Shown here piece after piece: positions 39,023 through 47,023 of a DNA stretch of 64,000 nt. The notes beneath the pieces were generated by a model. That model was not told where the DNA came from. It saw only the letters and a program-made list of their open reading frames with translations, and ran no database searches. Position numbers and translations under genes: made by a program. Within the stretch, counting starts at the first letter, position 1. Each line of letters begins with the position of its first letter. This DNA comes from Candidatus Niyogibacteria bacterium CG10_big_fil_rev_8_21_14_0_10_46_36 (lineage in GTDB: Bacteria > Patescibacteriota > Minisyncoccia > 1-14-0-10-42-19), in the NCBI GenBank assembly GCA_002772995.1, contig PFCO01000001.1, forward strand, positions 244 to 64,243, read 5' to 3'.

Positions 39023-39889
39023 TTACACGCCGATAAGGCTATTCCAGTCTTGAGAGAACCGTTCTATGCCCTTATCTGTTAATTCGTGGTGTATTTTATA
39101 TGTCGCCCAGGGCTTGTCTAAGGGGATGGTATCGTACGGAATATCCAGCAAATCGTCCCGCTTGTATGAGTACTCCGGCCCCGGTATAGGCATGCCCTTC
39201 CCCGCCCATTCTTCAAGCACGCCGAAAGGAGCTGAAACGATATCAGACCCAAGCGCCATTGCCTGCATTAAGTGGTCAAGCGAACGTACGCTCGCGGTGA
39301 GCACTTCCACATGCCCATCGCCTTTTTTATACATCTGAATAATGTTTCTTATTAAATCCATTCCGTTTTCGCCGCGGTCATCAAGTCTGCCCACAAACGG
39401 AGAAACATATACATCGCCCCGCTTCGCTACCCGTGTCGCCGCATACACCGCCGCTGCCTGCTCCTGCGCAAATACCAATGTCATATTGACGCGCATCCCC
39501 TCTCCGACCGACATGTCTGCGGCAAGCAGCCCCTCTTTTGTTGTCGGGTACTTAATATGTGCGTTCGGAATCCATAACGCCATCCCCCGTCCATGTAAGA
39601 ACATTTCTTCGGCGCTTGTGCGCTCATCTGCGTATACCTCAACAGATACGGATCCATGCGGGATGAGAGATGATATCTCCCCCACTACCGTTTTATAAAA
39701 TTTGAAAATCTCATCATTTGAGAATTTTTCACCCCGTTGCAGCCGTTCTTGTACGGCGGGGTTGCGCGCAACAAGTGTGGGATTCGTTGTCTGCCCGTCT
39801 AAAAATCCGAGCATCTCCTGCGCCTTCCTTGTCTCGGTCGGATCCCCGCTATCTAAAAATATTCTTGTTTTACGTACGTTATGCTTCAT
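39023..39889 (-). CDS. tal: Transaldolase family protein
   Basis: IFLDS, TTNPTL, IKYP, NMTLVF, SPFVGRLDD, ASVR; AGGAGG SD. Confidence 0.9.
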   Translation of the reverse strand: MKHNVRKTRIFLDSGDPTETRKAQEMLGFLDGQTTNPTLVARNPAVQERLQRGEKFSNDEIFKFYKTVVGEISSLIPHGSVSVEVYADERTSAEEMFLHGRGMALWIPNAHIKYPTTKEGLLAADMSVGEGMRVNMTLVFAQEQAAAVYAATRVAKRGDVYVSPFVGRLDDRGENGMDLIRNIIQMYKKGDGHVEVLTASVRSLDHLMQAMALGSDIVSAPFGVLEEWAGKGMPIPGPEYSYKRDDLLDIPYDTIPLDKPWATYKIHHELTDKGIERFSQDWNSLIGV

Positions 39890-39926
39890 GCTGCCTCCTA
39901 TGTATGTTATGTGATAAGAACAATAC

Positions 39927-40448
39927 CTACTCATTATCTATTATTTTTTGCGTTTGTTCACGGATTTCATCCACAGTCATGTGCCCGCGTTTATGAAAGA
40001 CAACGGTGCCGGCTCTGTCCACAAAGATAGTTTCGGGCATAGTAAACCCCCCGATTGCTTTATAAAATGAATCAGGCGTGTCAATAAGAAAAATGAGGCC
40101 ATCCGTTACGCCTAATTCATCGGTATAGTGCTTTGCGGTTTCTATTGATTCTTGCCGGTTGATTGCAATAAAACGGACCTGTCCGAATTCTTTTTGCACT
40201 TCCACAAAGGCCGGCAATTCTTCTTTGCAAAAAGAACACCACGATGCCCACGAATTAATGACCATAGGCTGATTTTGGAATACGGAAAGATCTGCTTTGT
40301 AGCTCCCATAATCAATAAGCAATAGGTCGCCGGCTATCTCAGACAGATGCATTTCGGGGGACTGCTGCTCTGCAGATCGGTCGCTGAACAAATATACCGC
40401 AACCGCTATATCAAAAATGATAACCGCAACAAGTACTGCCCATCTCAT
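39927..40448 (-). CDS. TlpA/ResA-like membrane-anchored thiol-disulfide oxidoreductase
   Basis: TM, WASWCSFC, MPETIFVD. Confidence 0.88.
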   Translation of the reverse strand: MRWAVLVAVIIFDIAVAVYLFSDRSAEQQSPEMHLSEIAGDLLLIDYGSYKADLSVFQNQPMVINSWASWCSFCKEELPAFVEVQKEFGQVRFIAINRQESIETAKHYTDELGVTDGLIFLIDTPDSFYKAIGGFTMPETIFVDRAGTVVFHKRGHMTVDEIREQTQKIIDNE

Positions 40449-40450
40449 AA

Positions 40451-40729
40451 TTATCCGGAGCGTTGAGGGCGTTTTTCTCCTTTCGCCCATGCACACAAAT
40501 CCTCATATGAAGTCGACCCGCAGATAAATTCCTTTGTTTCAGTATTAAAGAAAAACGGCACTCCCCCGCAAAGGCCAGTATCATATTCATCCATTTTTAT
40601 TGAATTATCGTCATCGTGCCACACCTCAAATTGCTCCACCGTTATCCCTTCTTCCTGTTTGAGGCGTTCTACCAGCGGCGCCATACGCACGCAATGCGGG
40701 CATTCGTTCCCATAAAATTCTAAAAGCAT
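40451..40729 (-). CDS. Thioredoxin/glutaredoxin-like protein
   Basis: CPHC, CGGVPFF. Confidence 0.85.
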   Translation of the reverse strand: MLLEFYGNECPHCVRMAPLVERLKQEEGITVEQFEVWHDDDNSIKMDEYDTGLCGGVPFFFNTETKEFICGSTSYEDLCAWAKGEKRPQRSG

Positions 40730-40792
40730 ATATATAGTATATAAGAATACGGCCGTATGTTAAATAAAAACCCCGCATTGCGAGGTTTGTTG

Positions 40793-41167
40793 CTATGGAA
40801 GCAATATCTCATCTTGCGGGTCTATCTGATCTGCAAGAAAATCGTATTCATACTCATGTTCTGGGTTTTTCGATTTTTCTTCTTGTGCCGCCACCACAAC
40901 TTCGCCCGCGCCCAAGCCATTCACCCGTTCGGTTATCTGGCCGAGCCGTTCCCACATAGCAGCGTAATCCTTGTTCCTACTTTTCACCATCTGCGCTAAG
41001 CGTTCTTCTATTTTTTTGTTTCCGGTATCGATTTTTTCTTCAATTCTTTGAAGAATTTCTGCGCATGCAATCAAGGCAAACACCCCTGCCTCTGACACAC
41101 ATGACGGCCCTGCTTCAAGCTTCTTTTTCGCTAAAGACAGACTGTCTTTCTCTGCTTCGTTGTCCAT
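40793..41167 (-). CDS. Hypothetical protein
   Basis: GGGGG SD; hairpin ~40766-40791 downstream. Confidence 0.6.
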   Translation of the reverse strand: MDNEAEKDSLSLAKKKLEAGPSCVSEAGVFALIACAEILQRIEEKIDTGNKKIEERLAQMVKSRNKDYAAMWERLGQITERVNGLGAGEVVVAAQEEKSKNPEHEYEYDFLADQIDPQDEILLP

Positions 41168-41193
41168 GTACTGCCCCCGTATATCTCAAAGTT

Positions 41194-41616
41194 CTATTTC
41201 TTATTCTCTTCTTTTTTTAAGTCTAATGCAACTGAATTGATACAGTAGCGTTTTCCAGTGCATGTTTTGCCTTTGGGGGTTTTTACAGGACCATCATCAA
41301 ATAGATGCCCCAGGTGCGAGCCGCATGTTTTGCAAACAACTTCGGTGCGTTCCATTCCGTGGCTTGTGTCGCGTTTTAATTCCACCGCATCGCTTGATGC
41401 TACATCATAAAAACTAGGCCACCCAGTGCCCGATTCAAACTTTGCATCTGAAGAAAAAAGAGGGGCTCCGCATGCTTTGCACAAATACATCCCCTCGCTT
41501 TTTTCGTGCACAAACTTGCCCGTAAACGGCACTTCTGTGCCCCTTTTTCGTAGCACCTCGTATTCTTCGGGCGTTAATTCCTTTTTCCATTCTTCTTCGG
41601 TCTTTTTCATATACAT
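41194..41616 (-). CDS. msrB: Peptide-methionine (R)-S-oxide reductase
   Basis: [23 protein letters not shown]. Confidence 0.96.
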   Translation of the reverse strand: MYMKKTEEEWKKELTPEEYEVLRKRGTEVPFTGKFVHEKSEGMYLCKACGAPLFSSDAKFESGTGWPSFYDVASSDAVELKRDTSHGMERTEVVCKTCGSHLGHLFDDGPVKTPKGKTCTGKRYCINSVALDLKKEENKK

Positions 41617-41620
41617 AAGG

Positions 41621-42226
41621 CTATCTAATACCCGTATCTATATCAATATTTAATTCTACTGTTTTGTTCGCCTGTACAAAAACTTCTTTTGGAAAAACGG
41701 CACCACACCCGAGATAGCTGCACCCAAGAAGAGAGACCGAGTAATTGCTCTCGGGGAGGTCTATAGAATATGAACCATCGGGAGAAAGTGGCGCATAAAA
41801 TGGCTCATCAACCGGACGCCCGCCGCCCGAGGGCGCAAAAACAAGCGTTTGCGCAGAGTATACATCCGGCGGATTTTTACACGGTTCTACCGGACACAAT
41901 GGGCCAATAGACACTTTGCCATACACCGTTCCTGATGTTTTGAACAACCCCTCTTGCTCCTTTCTTTCGGGACAAGGCGCAAATTCACAATTAGGGCCGG
42001 TACGTCCGACATACGACCCATCAGGACAAAGCATTGCGTCTTGTGTACAGAAAACAATATCATCTTCTCCGCTACCCCCCTTCCATATTGAGTAGCCGGC
42101 AAACGCGAGCCCTGCAACCAGCAATACCCCCGCCACTATAAAAAGGAGTCTCCGTGTGAGTGGAGAAGTATTACGCGCCCACATTGGAGGCGGATATGTT
42201 TTTTTCTGCAACTGCTGCTCTTCCAT
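41621..42226 (-). CDS. Membrane-anchored Cys-rich surface protein
   Basis: [29 protein letters not shown] motif, beta-rich C-terminus. Confidence 0.8.
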   Translation of the reverse strand: MEEQQLQKKTYPPPMWARNTSPLTRRLLFIVAGVLLVAGLAFAGYSIWKGGSGEDDIVFCTQDAMLCPDGSYVGRTGPNCEFAPCPERKEQEGLFKTSGTVYGKVSIGPLCPVEPCKNPPDVYSAQTLVFAPSGGGRPVDEPFYAPLSPDGSYSIDLPESNYSVSLLGCSYLGCGAVFPKEVFVQANKTVELNIDIDTGIR

Positions 42227-42408
42227 TATACTTTTTTTCCGACTTTCTTTATGCTCTTGAATGCTTTCCAGCGACGGCTGTATTGGTCAATAAATTCGTG
42301 GGTTTCGGTATCAATCTTTGTCCAGCGCTTATTGCGCGGATTAAACACCTGAATGCGCCCACGGATCAAACCTTTACGATGATGGTGTTTTGAGGAGTTC
42401 GTTGCCAT
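42226..42408 (-). CDS. Small basic conserved hypothetical protein (60 aa)
   Basis: MATN..HRKG..QVFNPRNKRWTK.D..T..F.DQ resembles a recurring small-protein family (from memory). Confidence 0.7.
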   Translation of the reverse strand: MATNSSKHHHRKGLIRGRIQVFNPRNKRWTKIDTETHEFIDQYSRRWKAFKSIKKVGKKV

Positions 42409-42482
42409 GGAATATGACAATAGATGAATAATAACTTTTATTATAACAAAAGCCCCGTGTATTTCACACAGAGCAGGAATTA

Positions 42483-43004
42483 TTACCGTTCAAATTTTCC
42501 GGTCACCCAGTCAAATTCTGCTTGCCAATCGCGACTGGGACAACTCCAGCCGGGGCTATCCGGATGTGCCCCCGCACTCGTCTCCATGTCGCGCACCCCT
42601 AACACAAAATACGCTCCGCGGCCCGCATCACATCCATAGGAGCCTGCGTTATAACGGAAATACGCATATCCTCCGCAATTGGAAGTTCCTACCGGATCTC
42701 CCGGAGTATCCACAATTGCGCCCGCGGTCTCAAGCGGAGTTACAAATGCGTCTCCGCTCCCCTGACCTCCATTAAACCCGGCGTCCCACCCGCCGCAATC
42801 GTTGTCCGTATTCCCGGGATATGCGGCATTATCACCATAATAGAGCTCCAGTGCTATTTGTATCTGCTTCATATCAGAAAGCCGGCGTGCATCTCTGCCT
42901 CTCGCGCGCGCACTCGCAACGCTCGCCAAAACAACGCTTGCGAGTATCCCGATAATCGCTATCACAACTAACAATTCTACTAATGTAAATCCTCTTTTAT
43001 CCAT
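42483..43004 (-). CDS. Type IV pilin / GspG-like pseudopilin
   Basis: KRGFTLVELLVVIAIIGIL N-methylation motif, RDARRLSD. Confidence 0.92.
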   Translation of the reverse strand: MDKRGFTLVELLVVIAIIGILASVVLASVASARARGRDARRLSDMKQIQIALELYYGDNAAYPGNTDNDCGGWDAGFNGGQGSGDAFVTPLETAGAIVDTPGDPVGTSNCGGYAYFRYNAGSYGCDAGRGAYFVLGVRDMETSAGAHPDSPGWSCPSRDWQAEFDWVTGKFER

Positions 43005-43007
43005 AGG

Positions 43008-43340
43008 TTAAAAATTTGCAGGTGCTATAACTTCGGCAGGAGGTGCCTCCGCTCCGGGAGTAAAGAGTTCCTGCTTCTGCCTCCCACTAAAAACAACAAA
43101 AAATGAAATTGCCAACGCAATGACAGCAAACCCTATCATAGCGTAATTCGCCTGCATTTCGTTCTTTATCAGTCCCCCAGAATACTGTAGAAGCCACCCC
43201 GCCGCTCCTTTGGGTTTAGTATAAAAAAGCTGGTCGGGACCCTTCTTTGTGGTATCTGTACTGCCTCCGCTTACGGGCGGTACACCGCTCAAATCAGCGG
43301 GGTTTTCATTATTTTGGCCCGATTCGTTGATGAATGTCAT
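43008..43340 (-). CDS. Hypothetical membrane protein
   Basis: TATAAT 6 nt before ATG; SGGLIKNEMQANY then TM. Confidence 0.7.
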   Translation of the reverse strand: MTFINESGQNNENPADLSGVPPVSGGSTDTTKKGPDQLFYTKPKGAAGWLLQYSGGLIKNEMQANYAMIGFAVIALAISFFVVFSGRQKQELFTPGAEAPPAEVIAPANF

Positions 43341-43400
43341 GGTACTATTATACCAAATCATTCATAGCTTTCTGCATTATATTCGTAAGAAAATGGGGAT

Positions 43401-43439
43401 AAAAAACCCGCGCGACACATTCATCACGCGGGTTTTTTT
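43401..43439 (-). terminator. Terminator after ORFan pair
   Basis: aaaaaacccgcg...cgcgggtttttt. Confidence 0.65.
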
Positions 43440-43441
43440 AT

Positions 43442-43774
43442 TCATCTTCCGAGAAATTCTTTTAAGTACTCTACAACTCTTTCCGCCTCGTCATCCACCG
43501 CCAGATGCCAAGTAACAACACCATTAAAAGGCTTTGTAAGCGACCTGGTTATGGAACGCAATGAAAATACAAGGCTCTTATGCTGCTCATCTCCTGAACT
43601 CCCCACCACCCGGATAAACTCCAGAGCTGCATTACTCACCGAATCGCACCACATTCTTGTCGTGGGGTACGGTTCTTCTAAAAGGCGCAACAAGCATTCC
43701 GCATACGCTTTAGCCGAGTCTGTTTGTTCTGCGTATTCTCCCTGGAAGCTTGCACTTTCAACCTGTGATTCCAT
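43442..43774 (-). CDS. Hypothetical protein (ORFan)
   Basis: AAGGAG SD before ATG. Confidence 0.6.
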   Translation of the reverse strand: MESQVESASFQGEYAEQTDSAKAYAECLLRLLEEPYPTTRMWCDSVSNAALEFIRVVGSSGDEQHKSLVFSLRSITRSLTKPFNGVVTWHLAVDDEAERVVEYLKEFLGR

Positions 43775-43817
43775 GATTATTCTCCTTGTATCCTTTATGG
43801 CTTGCGGCGACGCTTTA

Positions 43818-44309
43818 TTATTCGTAGATTGGGAAATCTATGGATACTTCGTGGTGGCATGGACCTTCTTTTTTGCAAAACGATATTGATACATGCACCA
43901 TGACTATCTCCGTGTCTGAAGAAACGAGCTCCTCACTTGGATAATAATAAAGCCGTTCTCCGCGCCCGCCTACATAAAACGAATCTTCGCCGGTACGAAG
44001 AGCGGAATACCACCCCCCTCTCTCATACCATGTCATTGCCAATACTTCATCGCTCCTTGGGTCCTTCAGATACTCCCCCTCATTACATTCATATTTGTAA
44101 ATGACACCGGGGCGTTCAACCAGAAACGGAACTCGCTGACATTCAGTAAACGAATCGGGGTGCGGAACCGCATACCTTCGTTGTATAAGGTCCGGATCCG
44201 AAACGCTCCCCAAAGAACTCTTTGGCGAGCGGGAAGAATGAATCATTGCAAAGCCTACCACCAGCAAAACTACCACTACCAATCCTTTTGTCAGGCCTTT
44301 CATAAGCAC
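43818..44309 (-). CDS. Hypothetical exported protein (ORFan)
   Basis: TTGACT-N17-TAGTAT promoter (44374-44346), AAGGAGG SD, N-terminal TM. Confidence 0.65.
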   Translation of the reverse strand: MLMKGLTKGLVVVVLLVVGFAMIHSSRSPKSSLGSVSDPDLIQRRYAVPHPDSFTECQRVPFLVERPGVIYKYECNEGEYLKDPRSDEVLAMTWYERGGWYSALRTGEDSFYVGGRGERLYYYPSEELVSSDTEIVMVHVSISFCKKEGPCHHEVSIDFPIYE

Positions 44310-44382
44310 TTATTCCTCCTTTATTAAGGTACTTTGATAGCGCAAATACTACCATATTTTTAAAGAAAAGTCAAGAAATCAT

Positions 44383-44406
44383 AAAAGCACCCAAGGGGGT
44401 GCTTTT
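44383..44406 (-). terminator. Terminator after nuclease gene
   Basis: aaaagcaccc-aagg-gggtgctttt. Confidence 0.65.
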
Positions 44407-44429
44407 GTTTCTATGCAGTAGGTTATATC

Positions 44430-45182
44430 TTACAGTGCTTCTCCGCGCGCGTCGGCATATGCGCAATAGTCGCATACCGGTTTTGAATCAGGAGTTTCGT
44501 CTGCAATAAGGCACTGGTGCAATTCTTGTATGGTCGGCTCTACCCAGCTGTCATTCCCTTTGTGCGCGATAAGAGTTATATCAAATTCTATCTTGCCGTC
44601 AAACGCTTCTTTATCAGTACGGCCGTTACAATACACAAAGTACCCGGTATCCGATACGGGATGCCCATTTTTGCGCAATAGCCACTGATATACTTCCATC
44701 TGCCGTTTGTAGCCATCTTGCCATGGTTTGTTGAGTTCGGTTATCTCTTCATCCTTGCTGGTCGCTTTATAATCCACCACAATATACTCCCCCTTTGAAT
44801 TCTGCCACAGATCATCTATAGCGCCGGTGATAATAAGATTCGTCGGCTCATGATAGAACTGGATGCCTTTAAAATTCTCGCGCCATTCATCTAACTGCTC
44901 ATGCGCAACGGGAATTGCGTCAACGCCGTATTTTTCTATAAGCGGATGCTTGGTATTTTTTGTACGATGAATATCAAATTCCTTTTTGAGCAAAAAGTCT
45001 ACCGCGCTGTTTATCGCAAATGGAAACCCCGGCGGCCGCCCTACCCCGAGCCTGCGATCCAGATAAAAACAGCGCGGACATTCAAAAAAGAGGTCAATCT
45101 TTGACCGGCTTATCTTGAACGGTTTTTTATCTTCCGGATTGTAGAGATTCCGCGTTCGTTTTGCGTTGTAGTATTCCGACAT
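44430..45182 (-). CDS. PD-(D/E)XK nuclease family protein (Cas4/RecB-like)
   Basis: ECPRCFY, GAIDD, VVDYKAT, QMEVY, CDYC. Confidence 0.88.
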   Translation of the reverse strand: MSEYYNAKRTRNLYNPEDKKPFKISRSKIDLFFECPRCFYLDRRLGVGRPPGFPFAINSAVDFLLKKEFDIHRTKNTKHPLIEKYGVDAIPVAHEQLDEWRENFKGIQFYHEPTNLIITGAIDDLWQNSKGEYIVVDYKATSKDEEITELNKPWQDGYKRQMEVYQWLLRKNGHPVSDTGYFVYCNGRTDKEAFDGKIEFDITLIAHKGNDSWVEPTIQELHQCLIADETPDSKPVCDYCAYADARGEAL

Positions 45183-45188
45183 GTCTGT

Positions 45189-45449
45189 CTATTGTATCAC
45201 CTTTCTCTGCTTTCTTATAATATTCAGTTTCCCGTCCCGGGATAGAGCCTTCATACCCGCCTCCGCGCGTGATGCCGTGGCGCGCGTGCGGAATTTTTTG
45301 GAGTACACAAGCCGCACCGGACGCCTCCCCTGCGTATACTTTGCACCCATGTGGGAAGAATTGTGCTCCTTAAGCCTGCGGACGAGGTCGGTAGTAATGC
45401 CGGTATAAAGCGTTCCGTCCGAACACCGGAGGATATAGAGATAATACAT
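45189..45449 (-). CDS. GIY-YIG nuclease (UPF0213/YhbQ-like)
   Basis: YLYILRCSDGTLYTGITTDL.RRL.EHN, AKYT..RRP. Confidence 0.92.
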   Translation of the reverse strand: MYYLYILRCSDGTLYTGITTDLVRRLKEHNSSHMGAKYTQGRRPVRLVYSKKFRTRATASRAEAGMKALSRDGKLNIIRKQRKVIQ

Positions 45450-45457
45450 ACAAAAAT

Positions 45458-45486
45458 AAACGGCTCATACGGGGTGTGAGCCGTTT
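45458..45486. repeat. Palindromic hairpin, inverted copy of 1101-1130
   Basis: Reverse complement aaacggctcacaccccgtatgagccgttt. Confidence 0.7.
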
Positions 45487-45495
45487 ATTATAAAT

Positions 45496-45834
45496 CTATT
45501 TAAAGGTGTAAATAACCGAACGTCCTTCTGTCCCTTGCTGCCGTATTTTTTCTTCCTCCTCCAGACTTTGAAGATACCGGGTTGCAGTTGCATCAGACAC
45601 GCCTAAGAGCACCTCTACATCATTGTTAGTTATCTGTTTTTTATCTTTCAAAAGCAGAATTATTTTTGCTTTTGCTGACTCCAGCTCCTCGCGCTTCTTT
45701 TGGTTTATCGGAGAAAAACCATTGTGAGCGCCTATTGTTTTCTTTTCGTGGACGCTCCCCAAAACCATAACGAGCACACCAAATGTAACGATGCCTATAA
45801 TGTACAACAAGAAATAAATATATGTTGTGTCCAT
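45496..45834 (-). CDS. Membrane-anchored winged-helix (DeoR/Fic-C-terminal-like) protein
   Basis: TM then ITNNDVEVLLGVSDATATRYLQSLE. Confidence 0.8.
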   Translation of the reverse strand: MDTTYIYFLLYIIGIVTFGVLVMVLGSVHEKKTIGAHNGFSPINQKKREELESAKAKIILLLKDKKQITNNDVEVLLGVSDATATRYLQSLEEEEKIRQQGTEGRSVIYTFK

Positions 45835-45864
45835 GTATTTAGTATAGCAAAAATTTATACAACA

Positions 45865-46302
45865 CTAAGCCTCAAACTTACTCCAGTCTACAGCATTGTT
45901 CCGAAAGTCTTCAATTGAGTATCCGGCCGTGTATTGAAAATGCGGGGGGTCCACGAATGTGGTCCAGGCGCCGCCCCATTCAAGCCCCAAAGCCATGCCC
46001 ATCTCTCCTGCTTTGCGGTAAAATGCTTCGCGTTTATGTTCGTTTTCGGCATCAAGTACCGGCCGGATATCGAACGCAACGCCAAAATTATGGAACGAAA
46101 AACCGCCCCGGGCATTCGTAATTATCTTACCCGGCTTTGTCCTGCCTTGAGCATAATATTTATCTTGCTGTTCCGTGCTCCGAAAACCGCGCGATACCAT
46201 AATAGAAAATCCCTGCTTGTTGCATTCTTCTATCAACCGCACGGCTAATGCCCGCACTTTTGGTTTGAGTAATGAGATATCAGCTTCTGTGTCGTTGTTC
46301 AT
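45865..46302 (-). CDS. M15 family metallopeptidase (L-Ala-D-Glu endopeptidase-like)
   Basis: RSTEQQ..YAQGR, SFHNFGVAFD, WGG.W..FVDPPHFQ. Confidence 0.92.
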   Translation of the reverse strand: MNNDTEADISLLKPKVRALAVRLIEECNKQGFSIMVSRGFRSTEQQDKYYAQGRTKPGKIITNARGGFSFHNFGVAFDIRPVLDAENEHKREAFYRKAGEMGMALGLEWGGAWTTFVDPPHFQYTAGYSIEDFRNNAVDWSKFEA

Positions 46303-46304
46303 GA

Positions 46305-46504
46305 AAACGCTCCCACGGGGAATCGGTCACACATAACCCCGCTCTTTTCTTCCATAAAAAATAAATTGAATCGCGGGGTTTCCGCGACCCCGCCTCGGCC
46401 GTCGCTTCGCGACATGCCTACGGCTTTCGATCCCCGCCGCAAAGCAATCAATTGCTTTGCTTGTGATCGTTTTCGCTTCGCTCAAACGCTCCCACGGGGA
46501 ATCG
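46305..46504. mobile_element. tRNA-Glu 3'-end duplication flanking a 158-nt hairpin-rich insert (mini-element or att scar)
   Basis: 21-bp direct repeat aaacgctcccacggggaatcg at 46305-46325 and 46484-46504. Confidence 0.6.
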
Positions 46505-46559
46505 AACCCCGGTTTTCAGGATGAGAACCTGATGTCCTAGGCCACTAGACGATGGGAGC
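46487..46559 (-). tRNA. tRNA-Glu(CTC), CCA not encoded
   Basis: gctccca acceptor, tcagg-ttCTCat-cctga anticodon arm, GGTTCGATTCC T arm. Confidence 0.96.
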
Positions 46560-46561
46560 AA

Positions 46562-47020
46562 TTATTCCTCTTCAAATGGGCTTTCGCTTTGTTTAAGGCC
46601 TTTGAAGATTTTATGCAGTTCTTCTATTGATGTCAATGATGTGCGTGCGAGAGAAAAATTCTTATAGCCCTCCTTAAGCGTTTTCCCGTCTACTTCCATC
46701 ACTGTTTCGCGTTCGTAATATTTATATATCTGTATCAAGTTAAAGTGGTACACATCATACACGGATACATGGCGCCCTGCTATCGTGCCCTCAATGCGGT
46801 TAATCTTTAGATCGCGGAAAAAATATAAAAAAAGCACCGCCCAAAAATGCGGGAAAGCGCTTGTAAACGAAAGGCGGAACTCTTGGGCAAGCGTCTGCAT
46901 CTCCCGCATGCGCTTACGCATAAGAAAATAGAACGGGATGTGAGAAACAAATGTTATCACAAAAATTGCGATAACTACTACCGCAGAATAAAAATATACT
47001 GGATGCATACTCTCAAACAT
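46562..47020 (-). CDS. Hypothetical membrane protein
   Basis: Two hydrophobic segments, tightly packed after murF. Confidence 0.7.
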   Translation of the reverse strand: MFESMHPVYFYSAVVVIAIFVITFVSHIPFYFLMRKRMREMQTLAQEFRLSFTSAFPHFWAVLFLYFFRDLKINRIEGTIAGRHVSVYDVYHFNLIQIYKYYERETVMEVDGKTLKEGYKNFSLARTSLTSIEELHKIFKGLKQSESPFEEE

Positions 47021-47023
47021 ATC

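Noticed and set aside
40738-40765. dif-like site (TATGTTAAAT)
   Set aside because: Only a partial XerD arm, no XerC arm, and it lies in a promoter/terminator region
26075-45182. CRISPR-Cas system suggested by two Cas4-like nucleases
   Set aside because: No repeat-spacer array and no cas1/cas2 in the window
45865-46302. Prophage suggested by an endolysin-like M15 gene beside a tRNA
   Set aside because: No integrase, structural or packaging genes
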